DNA of 64,000 bases from NCBI GenBank assembly GCA_002422205.1, contig DITS01000033.1:4083-68082 (forward strand). Reading direction: 5' to 3'. Shown here in pieces: positions 9,665-18,418 of the stretch. Source of the stretch: Alphaproteobacteria bacterium UBA6178. Its GTDB lineage: Bacteria > Pseudomonadota > Alphaproteobacteria > Rickettsiales > UBA3002. A program made the position numbers and the translations under genes. Numbering within the stretch: position 1 is the stretch's first letter; each line of letters opens with the position of its first letter. The notes under the pieces were generated by a model that did no database searches, was not told where the DNA came from, and worked only from the letters and a program-made list of their open reading frames with translations.

Positions 9665-11410
9665 ATGACGGAAAAACTTACCATTGCGTGCGCGCAAATT
9701 AATCTGGTTGTTGGGGATGTTCCCGGCAATGTGGATGCGATTGCGGACTGGACGCGGCGCGCAGCAGCGCAGGGCGCGGATTTAATTATATTCCCCGAAA
9801 TGGCGATTACCGGTTATCCGCCGGAGGATCTGGTGTTTAAGCGTTCGTTTCAGCAGGCGGCGATGCGCGCGGTGGAGGAGCTAGCCAAAGAACTGGCTGA
9901 TTGCCCTACGGCGGTGCTGGTGGGCGGGCTTTGGCGCGAAGGGGATGCGGTTTATAATGCAACATTTTTGATAGAAGGCGGGGCGTGCGTGCATCGCCAG
10001 TTTAAACGCTCGTTGCCGAATTACGGCGTGTTTGACGAGAAGCGGCTGTTTGCTAAGGGCGAGCGGGCGGAGCCCGTGATGTGGCGCGGTGTGTCGCTGG
10101 GGATTTTGATTTGCGAGGATGTGTGGGACGAGCGCGGGCCACGCCAACTGAAAAAACATGGGGCGGAATTGCTGATTGTGCAAAACGCGTCGCCTTACGA
10201 GATGGGCAAGGCACGGCGGCGCAAGCATGTGGTGGATATGGCGGCGAGCCAAAATAATCTGCCGGTGATTTATTTAAATCTGGTGGGTGGTCAGGATGAG
10301 CTGGTGTTTGATGGCCGCTCATTTGCTGCGCATCCGGACGGAGCGGATGTGATGAAGCTGGCGGCGTTTGATGCGGAGCTTGGCATTACGCAATGGGAAA
10401 AGCAACCCAAAGGCTGGCGCTGTGTGCAGGCGCCGATGGAGGCCACGCCCGATGATTGTGAAACGATTTATCAGGCGATGGTGCTGGGCCTGCGCGACTA
10501 TGTGAATAAAAACGGATTTAAGGGCGTGGTGATCGGCATTTCGGGCGGGATTGATTCGGGCCTGAGCGCGGCGGTGGCGGTGGATGCGCTGGGGGCCGAG
10601 CGCGTGCGCGGGCTGCTGATGCCATCGCGCTATACGTCGGATGAGAGTGTGGAAGATGCGCGTGATTTAGCGCAGCGGCTGGGTTTTCGGCTGGATATGA
10701 TTGGGATTGAACCGGCGATGGCCGCGTTTGATGGTATGTTGCGCGAGGTGTTTGCGGGCTTAAAAGCCGATACGACGGAAGAAAATATTCAGGCGCGGAT
10801 ACGCGGAAATTTGTTGATGGCGATGAGCAATAAGCTGGGGTTCATGGTGCTGACCACTGGCAATAAATCGGAAATGTCGGTGGGGTATGCGACGCTCTAT
10901 GGTGATATGTGCGGCGGGTATTCGGTGCTGAAGGATGTGTATAAGACGACGGTGTATAAATTGTCGTGGTGGCGGAATCAGTGCTCAGAGTTCAGAGTTC
11001 AGCGTTCAGGAAGCGAAGGGCAGCAAACCCCCTCCTTAGTCCTCCCCCTGGAAGGGGGAGGGAGGGGTGGTGGTGGAGCGCCATTGATTCTGGCCGGCCC
11101 TGCGGGTGAAGTGATTCCTCAGCGGATGATTACGAAAGCGCCGACGGCGGAGCTGAAGGCGAATCAGAAGGATCAGGATACGCTGCCGCCTTATGAGCTG
11201 CTGGATGCAATGCTGATGGGGCTGGTGGAGCAGCGCTTGTCGGTGGATGAGCTGGTGGATCAGGGGTTTGACCGCGCGGTGGCGAATCAGGTCGCGCGCA
11301 TGGTCTATGTGGCGGAATATAAGCGTCGCCAGTCGCCGCCGGGGGTGAAAGTATCCGGCATGGCATTCGGGCGCGACCGGCGTTATCCGATTACTAATCG
11401 GTGGATATAA
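9665..11410 (+). CDS. nadE: glutamine-dependent NAD+ synthetase (CN-hydrolase + NAD synthase domains)
   Basis: MTEKLTIACAQINLVVGD..., FPEMAITGYPPEDL, GISGGIDSGL, and TKAPTAELKANQKDQDTLPPY. It contains an insertion of about 35 aa encoded by a repeat at 10984-11067. Confidence 0.93.
   Translation: MTEKLTIACAQINLVVGDVPGNVDAIADWTRRAAAQGADLIIFPEMAITGYPPEDLVFKRSFQQAAMRAVEELAKELADCPTAVLVGGLWREGDAVYNATFLIEGGACVHRQFKRSLPNYGVFDEKRLFAKGERAEPVMWRGVSLGILICEDVWDERGPRQLKKHGAELLIVQNASPYEMGKARRRKHVVDMAASQNNLPVIYLNLVGGQDELVFDGRSFAAHPDGADVMKLAAFDAELGITQWEKQPKGWRCVQAPMEATPDDCETIYQAMVLGLRDYVNKNGFKGVVIGISGGIDSGLSAAVAVDALGAERVRGLLMPSRYTSDESVEDARDLAQRLGFRLDMIGIEPAMAAFDGMLREVFAGLKADTTEENIQARIRGNLLMAMSNKLGFMVLTTGNKSEMSVGYATLYGDMCGGYSVLKDVYKTTVYKLSWWRNQCSEFRVQRSGSEGQQTPSLVLPLEGGGRGGGGAPLILAGPAGEVIPQRMITKAPTAELKANQKDQDTLPPYELLDAMLMGLVEQRLSVDELVDQGFDRAVANQVARMVYVAEYKRRQSPPGVKVSGMAFGRDRRYPITNRWI
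10984..11067. repeat. composite repeat (heptamer tandem CTCAGAG/TTCAGAG/TTCAGCG + CCCCCTCC...GGAGGGGG palindrome) inside nadE
   Basis: It has the same architecture as the intergenic copy at 1221-1273. It is translated in frame as SEFRVQRSGSEGQQTPSLVLPLEGGGRGGGG. Confidence 0.8.
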
Positions 11411-11433
11411 CTGATTATCATTTATCAGGCAGC

Positions 11434-12045
11434 TTATTTGCCAGATAAATAGCCTCTTACTATCGCTGCTTCATCATCTATGCTGCCGTGATGACGTGCG
11501 CCGTGTGGATGGGCCATAAGAGTGGGCTCATTCGGGATATCCAATTTAATTCGACGCGGCAGTTCTGCAATAACGGAGGCTTCGCCTGCTGTCATCGCAT
11601 TACATGCATCAACCACGCTATTGGCCCATTCTTCGGTTACTACTGATTTAGCGTCTTCAGGTGTTTGTAAGGGAATGGCACCTTGGGTTATGGCCGTCTC
11701 CACTGCTTTTGACATAATGAGTACATGGGCGATGCTGCGGGCTTTATTATAGGGATTATCTGGTTGGTTGATATACGCCACATCACCGTCAATACGTTTG
11801 CGCAGTGCTTGTAGCAATGGTTCTTTATCAAAACATTGTGGACTGTTTCGTATGGTGGCAATCCCTGCATCTTCTACCAGGCTGGCTAGTGTCTGATTCC
11901 AGTAGGTTTCAAGATTAATGGGAAAATTCCGATCATCGGTTTGTTGTTGTAACGGCGCCCATGTGTAACGCAGTAGTCTGCTTACAGCATCTGCTACAGC
12001 CTTTATATCTTTTAGCGTGATTGTATTGTCATTATTGTCGGTCAT
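11434..12045 (-). CDS. orphan hypothetical protein (203 aa)
   Basis: Long ORF convergent on nadE; no family recognised; preceded by the triple half-site box at 12106-12134. Confidence 0.6.
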   Translation of the reverse strand: MTDNNDNTITLKDIKAVADAVSRLLRYTWAPLQQQTDDRNFPINLETYWNQTLASLVEDAGIATIRNSPQCFDKEPLLQALRKRIDGDVAYINQPDNPYNKARSIAHVLIMSKAVETAITQGAIPLQTPEDAKSVVTEEWANSVVDACNAMTAGEASVIAELPRRIKLDIPNEPTLMAHPHGARHHGSIDDEAAIVRGYLSGK

Positions 12046-12105
12046 TGCGTTACCATTTATTTTGTTATTTGATGCTGCGCTTTAGCAGCTTTGGGGTATT
12101 ATTGT

Positions 12106-12134
12106 ATGACATAATGATGACATTTGCGTGACAA
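12106..12134 (-). promoter_or_regulatory. Pho-box-like direct repeat (three half-sites) upstream of orphan 11434-12045
   Basis: In gene sense: TTGTCACgcaaATGTCATcattATGTCAT. TACAAT lies 11 nt after the first 18-mer. The box is 61 nt from the ATG. Confidence 0.55.
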
Positions 12135-12225
12135 TCACGGAAAAAGCGGATTTTGCTGATATAGCCACTTGTTTCAACACGGGAAATTGTCTAAAACTCG
12201 GACTCCTTCAATGAAGAGAGTATGT

Positions 12226-13569
12226 ATGTCTGATGCTGTGAAAGTCCGTTTTGCCCCTTCTCCCACGGGTTATGTGCATGTGGGGAATGTGCGCACGGCG
12301 CTGATTAACTGGTTGTTTGCGCGTAAGGCAGGCGGGCATTTTTTGTTGCGCAGCGATGATACGGATCAGGCGCGCTCAAAGCCGGAATATGAAGCGGGCA
12401 TTCAGGACGATTTGCAATGGCTGGGGCTTGGCTGGGATAGTTTTGCCAAACAATCCGATTATTTTGAGGCCTACGCGTTGGCGCAGCAAAAGCTGGTGGC
12501 TGATGGGCGCTTATATGCATGCTACGAGACGCCGGAAGAGCTTGATATCAAGCGTAAGATGTTATCTAGCCGTGGCTTGCCGCCTATTTATGACCGCTCG
12601 GCACTGAAGCTGACTGATGCGCAGAAAGCGGATTTTGAGCGGGAAGGCCGCAAGCCGCATTGGCGCTTTAAGCTGAACCATGCGCCGATTGAGTGGCAGG
12701 ATATGGTGCGTGGCGCGGTAAAGTTTGAAGGACAAAATTTAGCTGATCCGGTGCTGGTGCGCGAGGATGGTGTGCCGTTATTTACGCTGTCGACATCGGT
12801 CGATGATGGGACGATGGGGATTACCCATATTTTGCGCGGCGAAGACCATGTGAGCAATACGGCGATTCAGGTGCAGATTATGGAAGCACTGGGCTATACG
12901 CCGCCAGTATTTGGCCATACGGCGCTGCTGCAAATGAAAGGCGGCAAACTGAGCAAGCGCGAGGGCGGCGGGGATATCCGTAGTTTGCGCGCGGATGGGT
13001 TGTTTGCGATGGTGGTGAATTCGTATCTTGCCAAGATTGGCACATCGGATGCGATTGCGCTTTATGAATCACTCGATGCGCTGGTGGAGAGTTTTGATAT
13101 TGGTAAATTTGGCCGCTCCACGGCCAATTATGACCCGGATGAATTGCAGCGGCTGAATGAGAAATTGCTGCATGGGTTGAGTTTTGATGCGGTGAGCGCG
13201 CAGCTTGATGCGCTGGGTGTGCGCGGTGTGGATGCGGACTTTTGGGAGCAGACGCGCGCTAATGTGTCGTCACTGGTGCAGGTAAAAGATTGGTGGGAAT
13301 TGTTGTATCAGCCGATTACACCAGTGATTACCGATGCTGGTTTTACCAATCAGGCGGCAGGGTTATTGCCGGAAGGCGAATGGGGTGAGCATAGCTGGAG
13401 CCAGTTTGTCGATGCGGTGAAAGCGCAAACAGGGCGTAAGGGCAAGGAGCTGTTTATGCCGCTGCGGTTGGCGCTGACAGGGCGCGAGGACGGGCCGGAG
13501 CTGGCGAAGCTTTTTGCGTTGCTGGGGCGTGAGAAGGCGCATAAGCGCTTGAAGGGCGAGGCGGCTTAG
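12226..13569 (+). CDS. gltX: glutamate--tRNA ligase
   Basis: MSDAVKVRFAPSPTGYVHVGNVRTA (HIGH region) and KLSKR (KMSKS region). The start is chosen at ATG 12226, after AAGAGAG. Confidence 0.95.
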   Translation: MSDAVKVRFAPSPTGYVHVGNVRTALINWLFARKAGGHFLLRSDDTDQARSKPEYEAGIQDDLQWLGLGWDSFAKQSDYFEAYALAQQKLVADGRLYACYETPEELDIKRKMLSSRGLPPIYDRSALKLTDAQKADFEREGRKPHWRFKLNHAPIEWQDMVRGAVKFEGQNLADPVLVREDGVPLFTLSTSVDDGTMGITHILRGEDHVSNTAIQVQIMEALGYTPPVFGHTALLQMKGGKLSKREGGGDIRSLRADGLFAMVVNSYLAKIGTSDAIALYESLDALVESFDIGKFGRSTANYDPDELQRLNEKLLHGLSFDAVSAQLDALGVRGVDADFWEQTRANVSSLVQVKDWWELLYQPITPVITDAGFTNQAAGLLPEGEWGEHSWSQFVDAVKAQTGRKGKELFMPLRLALTGREDGPELAKLFALLGREKAHKRLKGEAA

Positions 13570-13594
13570 TGGGTTTGTTGGTGAGAAAAGTGAA

Positions 13595-13671
13595 GGGGAT
13601 TCCCCTTAATCCGCTGCGCGGATTCGGGGAATGACGGCAAGGTGAGGGGCGCGGATTCGGGGAATGACAGG
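13595..13671. repeat. hairpin/direct repeats (GCGCGGATTCGGGGAATGAC x2, GGGGATTCCCC palindrome)
   Basis: The direct 20-mers lie at 13616-13635 and 13649-13668, between gltX and cysS. Confidence 0.75.
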
Positions 13672-13710
13672 CAGGGGGCTGCACGGGTTTGGGGAATGGG
13701 TAGAGGTACG

Positions 13711-15075
13711 ATGAAACTGCAATTTTATAATACACTGACGCGCCGCAAGGAAGAGTTTACGCCGATTGATGCGCAGCATGTGACGATGTATGTGTGCGGG
13801 CCGACGGTGTATGCGCGTCCCCATATTGGGAATGCGCGCAGTGTGGTGGTGTATGATGTGTTGTACCGGTTGCTGACGCATTTATATCCGAAGGTGACCT
13901 ATGCGCGCAATATTACCGATGTGGATGATAAAATTAATGCGGCGGCGATGGAGCGCGGTATTAGCATTCAGGCGCTGACGACGGAAGTGACGCAGCAATT
14001 TCATGATGATATGGATGCGCTGAATTGCCTGCGCCCGAGCATTGAGCCGCGTGCGACTGAGCATATTGATGGCATGATTGCGATGACACAGCAGTTGATT
14101 GATAACGGTCATGCGTATGTGGGCAGCGATGGGCAGCATGTGCTGTTTGATGTGACGAGCTACGCGGATTATGGTGCGCTATCGGGCCGTCAGATTGACG
14201 AGCAGGAAGCGGGCGCGCGCGTGGCGGTGGAGGGCTATAAAAAACACCCAGGGGATTTTGTGCTGTGGAAACCTGCGGATGCGCAGGATGATGCGTCGAG
14301 TGTGTTTGACAGCCCGTGGGGGCCTGGGCGGCCCGGCTGGCATATTGAATGCTCGGTGATGAGCACGCATTATTTGGGTGCTACATTTGACATTCATGGG
14401 GGTGGTGCCGATTTGAAATTTCCGCATCATGAAAATGAAATTGCACAAAGCTGCTGCGCGCACACTGACAGCCAGTTTGCGCGCTATTGGGTGCATAATG
14501 GGTTTCTGACCGTGAATGGCGAGAAGATGTCGAAGTCGCTGGGGAATTTTGTGACGGTACGCGATTTGCTTGATCGCGGCATTAAGGGCGAGGTGATTCG
14601 GCTGGCGCTGCTGATGAGCAAATATAATGAGCCGCTGGATTGGAATGATGAGAAAGTGCGTGAGGCGGAGAAGCTGTTGGATAAGTGGTATCGGGCTTTA
14701 GATCGTCATCCGCGCGAGCACTCTCATGTGGAAAAAGATTTTAAGATTCCTGCTTTCGCAGGAATGACAGATTTTATTGCGGTGTTATGTGATGATTTAA
14801 ATTTCCCTAAGGCGATTGCTGCGGTGCAGCAAATGCCGGAGGCTGATCAAATCGGCGCCGCGAAATTTTTGGGATTACTACAGCAGGATGCGCAGCAATG
14901 GTTTAAAGGTGTTCAAGCGGACGGCGATATTGAGGCGCAGATTACGGTGCGGGCGGAGGCGAAAAAGAATCGTGATTTTGCCACCGCGGACCGCATTCGT
15001 GACGAGTTGAAGGCGCAAGGGATTATGTTGGAAGACCGGCCTGATGGCACGACCGACTGGCGGCGGGGTACTTGA
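13711..15075 (+). CDS. cysS: cysteine--tRNA ligase
   Basis: MKLQFYNTLTRRKEEF, CGPTVYARPHIGNARS, and KMSKSLGN. It contains a 9-aa in-frame repeat insertion (KIPAFAGMT). Confidence 0.95.
   Translation: MKLQFYNTLTRRKEEFTPIDAQHVTMYVCGPTVYARPHIGNARSVVVYDVLYRLLTHLYPKVTYARNITDVDDKINAAAMERGISIQALTTEVTQQFHDDMDALNCLRPSIEPRATEHIDGMIAMTQQLIDNGHAYVGSDGQHVLFDVTSYADYGALSGRQIDEQEAGARVAVEGYKKHPGDFVLWKPADAQDDASSVFDSPWGPGRPGWHIECSVMSTHYLGATFDIHGGGADLKFPHHENEIAQSCCAHTDSQFARYWVHNGFLTVNGEKMSKSLGNFVTVRDLLDRGIKGEVIRLALLMSKYNEPLDWNDEKVREAEKLLDKWYRALDRHPREHSHVEKDFKIPAFAGMTDFIAVLCDDLNFPKAIAAVQQMPEADQIGAAKFLGLLQQDAQQWFKGVQADGDIEAQITVRAEAKKNRDFATADRIRDELKAQGIMLEDRPDGTTDWRRGT
14743..14770. repeat. hairpin repeat AAGATTCCTGCTTTCGCAGGAATGAC inside cysS
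   Basis: 8-bp stem with a TTTC loop. Near-identical copies lie at 15103-15130 and 52133-52160. Confidence 0.85.
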
Positions 15076-15102
15076 TTCTCATCGCCGTGAATGCGGAGGC
15101 AT

Positions 15103-15130
15103 TAAGATTCCTGCTTTCGCAGGAATGACG
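15103..15130. repeat. hairpin repeat AAGATTCCTGCTTTCGCAGGAATGAC (intergenic twin of the cysS copy)
   Basis: Lies 28 nt after the cysS stop. It matches the 14743 copy in 27 of 28 positions. Confidence 0.85.
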
Positions 15131-15181
15131 GGTTCTATGCAGAATGAGTGGTATGGTGCAATGCAGCGTCAATGCGGTGGA

Positions 15182-15199
15182 TTGTCATAAAATCTTCAT
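15182..15199 (+). promoter_or_regulatory. Pho-box-like direct repeat upstream of orphan 15261-15767
   Basis: TTGTCATAAAATCTTCAT. CATAAT lies 12 nt downstream. The box is 62 nt from the ATG. Confidence 0.55.
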
Positions 15200-15260
15200 C
15201 CTATATTTAGCATAATCTCCTATGATTTCTGTGCAGTAAACATCCTTCGGAGCTAAAATT

Positions 15261-15767
15261 ATGGGCGTGGACCCTTCATCATTTATCAAGGCAGATCCTG
15301 AATTCAGGGGTGTTGAGGCTATTGTACAACGTCGTCAGAAGGCATGCACTTTGGCTATTGAAGCCGCTTTTAAATCAATGAAAGGTTATATGGCAAAACA
15401 TTCTTTGCCCGAGTTGGTAGGAGAGGTGAATGCCGAATTGTTAGTAAGGGGAATTAAGGACCGATACGGCGTAAATCTTATTGATGACAAGCCGATTCAG
15501 ATCGATTTTGAGCGGATAAAAACAATAGCGGAAGAGAGCGAAACAGGCTTTACAGGTGAAATGGTGTATAAAAAATTTCTGGGTCGTATGCAAGGCACGC
15601 TAGAAGCATTTAAGCGCGATTGCGCGGATTGCAATATTAGCGGAACGGTGGATGTGCAGGGTATGCAAGATTATGTAAACGAGATGTTTAGCCAAATGAG
15701 CCAAGCGGCTGCCGATGCTTCCCGAAAGTATGAGGCTAAGCATATTCAGCCGTTATTAGGCTACTAA
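15261..15767 (+). CDS. orphan hypothetical protein (168 aa)
   Basis: ORF with GGAG 9 nt before the ATG; no family recognised. Confidence 0.6.
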   Translation: MGVDPSSFIKADPEFRGVEAIVQRRQKACTLAIEAAFKSMKGYMAKHSLPELVGEVNAELLVRGIKDRYGVNLIDDKPIQIDFERIKTIAEESETGFTGEMVYKKFLGRMQGTLEAFKRDCADCNISGTVDVQGMQDYVNEMFSQMSQAAADASRKYEAKHIQPLLGY

Positions 15768-15814
15768 GTCGAAAGCTTGTTGCGGTTTGATGGGCTTCGC
15801 GCTACAAAATTAGC

Positions 15815-17398
15815 ATGAATAAAGACCGTATCTATTTATATGATTCGACCTTGCGGGATGGGGCGCAGGCGCGGGGGATTGATTTTACCGTGGCGGATAA
15901 GCAGGCTATTGCGCGCGAGCTGGATGCGTTTGGCATTGATTATGTGGAAGGCGGATGGCCGGGAGCAAACCCGACGGATGATGCGTTTTTTGCGGCGCAG
16001 CCCAAGTTGCGACATGCGGTAGTTACGGCTTTTGGCATGACGCGGCGCGCCGGACGCTCGGCCGAGAATGACCCGGGGCTGGCCGATGTGCTGGGCACCA
16101 ACACCAAATCGGTTTGTCTGGTGGGTAAATGTTCGGCCACACAGGTGGAGAAAACATTAAAGATTACCCGCGCGGAAAATCTGCGCATGGTGGCGGAGAG
16201 CATTGCGCATGTGGTGAGCCAGAAGCGGGAAGCGCTGTTTGACGCGGAGCATTTTTTTGACGGGTATAAAACCAATCCCGAATATGCGCTGGAGGTGGTG
16301 CAGGCGGCCTATGATGCAGGCGCGCGCTGGGTGGTGTTGTGTGATACTAATGGCGGGTCTCTGCCGCATGAGATCAGCCAGATTGTGACGGAAGTGACCG
16401 CCTATATTCCGGGCACGCATTTGGGCATTCATTGCCATAATGATACGGATAATGCGGTGGCGAATTCGCTGGCGGCGGTGCGAGCGGGCGTGCGGCAAAT
16501 TCAGGGCACGATTAATGGGATTGGCGAGCGTTGCGGCAATGCGAATTTAATTTCGCTGATTCCGACATTGATGCTGAAGCTGGGTTTTAATACCGGCGTG
16601 AGTGAGAAAAATCTGGCGCGCATTACGCAGATTTCGCGCATGATTGATGACCGGCTGAATCGTGATGGCAACCCGCATGCGCCTTATGTGGGTAGCGCGG
16701 CATTTGCGCATAAGGGCGGGCTGCATGTGTCGGCGATGGCGAAGGATTCGAGTAGTTATGAGCATATATCACCGGCGCTGGTGGGCAATGAGCGGGTGAT
16801 CTTGGTGTCGGACAAGGCCGGTAAATCGAATATTGTGACGCGGTTGAACCAGATGGGAATTGCGATTGAAGCGGATAACCCCAAGCTGAATGAGCTGGTG
16901 AAGGAAATTAAAGACCGCGAAAAACAAGGCTATGCGTATGATGATGCGGATGCGAGCTTTGAGCTGTTGGTGCGGCGACGGTTGGGCGATGTGCCGGATT
17001 TCTTCTCGGTGGAGAGTTTTCGTGTGATGGATGAACGGCGGCGCAATGCGAAGGGTGCGCTGGTAACCATTGCGGAAGCGACGGTGAAGCTGAGCATTCA
17101 AAAACGCGACGGGATGGTGATGGAAGTGGCGGAAGGCAACGGGCCGGTGAATGCGCTGGATGCGGCGCTGCGCAAGGCACTGATTCCGCATTATAAGAAA
17201 TTGCAGGGTATGATGCTTAGCGATTATAAGGTGCGGATTTTAACGCCGCAGGATGCGACCGCGGCACTGACGCGCGTGATGATTGAAAGCCGTGATGCCA
17301 AGCAGGTGTGGACGACGATTGGCGTGTCGCACAATGTGATTGATGCCTCGTTCAACGCGTTGTTTGATGCGATTACGTATATGTTGCTTAAGGGTTAG
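15815..17398 (+). CDS. cimA: citramalate synthase (LeuA-related, CimA type)
   Basis: 527 aa; YDSTLRDGAQARGIDFTV..., HCHNDTDNAVANSLAAV, and a C-terminal LeuA-dimerisation-like region. Confidence 0.8.
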   Translation: MNKDRIYLYDSTLRDGAQARGIDFTVADKQAIARELDAFGIDYVEGGWPGANPTDDAFFAAQPKLRHAVVTAFGMTRRAGRSAENDPGLADVLGTNTKSVCLVGKCSATQVEKTLKITRAENLRMVAESIAHVVSQKREALFDAEHFFDGYKTNPEYALEVVQAAYDAGARWVVLCDTNGGSLPHEISQIVTEVTAYIPGTHLGIHCHNDTDNAVANSLAAVRAGVRQIQGTINGIGERCGNANLISLIPTLMLKLGFNTGVSEKNLARITQISRMIDDRLNRDGNPHAPYVGSAAFAHKGGLHVSAMAKDSSSYEHISPALVGNERVILVSDKAGKSNIVTRLNQMGIAIEADNPKLNELVKEIKDREKQGYAYDDADASFELLVRRRLGDVPDFFSVESFRVMDERRRNAKGALVTIAEATVKLSIQKRDGMVMEVAEGNGPVNALDAALRKALIPHYKKLQGMMLSDYKVRILTPQDATAALTRVMIESRDAKQVWTTIGVSHNVIDASFNALFDAITYMLLKG

Positions 17399-18336
17399 CC
17401 GCACGTTTTTGCAGCAGCGAACATCTCATGGCTCAGGCTTGTAACCAGCGTGTCACGTTTACCGGCCAAGCGCGGGTTTATTATATTTGCCTCCTCGCCA
17501 AGAGAAATCTCTAGTTGTGTTAATGCCTGCACGAGATGAGGCGCGCTGATGCGCAACTGCGTGCTGCGATGCGCGGGCTGTTCGCTCTTGCTGGGCACCT
17601 CGAAACTTAGACCCTGCAAGATTTCTGCTACTTCGGGATCGGTATTTTCAGCCAGCAGAGAGACACTGCTCCGGAGTGCATTGGCAAGGGTTGATGCGGT
17701 ATTGGTGCTACCGTAAGAGAGGGTAATGGTTTCGGAGGCCTCTGCGTCGGCGGTGCAGGCCCGAATGGCGGAGCGGATAACATGCCCCAGCACTTTGGAA
17801 GGTTGTGGGGCAAGAAGCTTTTGTTTATCCACCGGATTACTCAAGGCCTGTATGATGCGCACAGAGCCGGAAGCACCGACGATGGACTCGATATTCGGCC
17901 AGTTCTGTTGATTCTGAATAAACGCCTGCATGTCTTCAACCCATTGCATCAATATTTGCGATGACAGACCGGGTATATTGTCTGGATTTAGTATGCTGCT
18001 TGGCTTGATAATGAGTATATCCGGCCTGCCTTTAATCTCTCGTTCCTTCAACGTGTGCCTCTCCGCCAACTCAATAATAAAATCTTTATGCACGAAATTA
18101 TTACCAATGCGCAGCAAATCGACCTTATTTATGATATTCTGAATGTCTTTCTGTTGCCGGTATCCACTGCCGTTGTTGCCCCCTTTGATGGGAATCATAA
18201 TAGCACAATCATTTATTTTACCGACATCGCGTAAAGATACTTCGCTTAGCAGCGTGATGCGCGCTGCATCGAGTATTTGTTGCAGCCCGGCAAGGATGGC
18301 CGGCGGTTCTTTTGTGAGTTTTTCTGCGTGGCTCAT
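17395..18336 (-). CDS. orphan hypothetical protein (313 aa)
   Basis: The start is set at MSHAEKLT (ATG 18336). The stop overlaps the cimA stop in TTAG. No family recognised. Confidence 0.6.
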   Translation of the reverse strand: MSHAEKLTKEPPAILAGLQQILDAARITLLSEVSLRDVGKINDCAIMIPIKGGNNGSGYRQQKDIQNIINKVDLLRIGNNFVHKDFIIELAERHTLKEREIKGRPDILIIKPSSILNPDNIPGLSSQILMQWVEDMQAFIQNQQNWPNIESIVGASGSVRIIQALSNPVDKQKLLAPQPSKVLGHVIRSAIRACTADAEASETITLSYGSTNTASTLANALRSSVSLLAENTDPEVAEILQGLSFEVPSKSEQPAHRSTQLRISAPHLVQALTQLEISLGEEANIINPRLAGKRDTLVTSLSHEMFAAAKTCG

Positions 18337-18400
18337 GGTGCTGTATCCGTGTTTTTTGTGGTGTTTGAGACAGACTAACCCTACAGATGGGGTAATGAAA

Positions 18401-18418
18401 GTGAAGGTTTTATGAAGA
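18401..18418 (-). promoter_or_regulatory. Pho-box-like direct repeat upstream of orphan 17395-18336
   Basis: In gene sense: TCTTCATAAAACCTTCAC, 65 nt from ATG 18336. It overlaps the ATG of the divergent trmJ-like gene. Confidence 0.5.
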
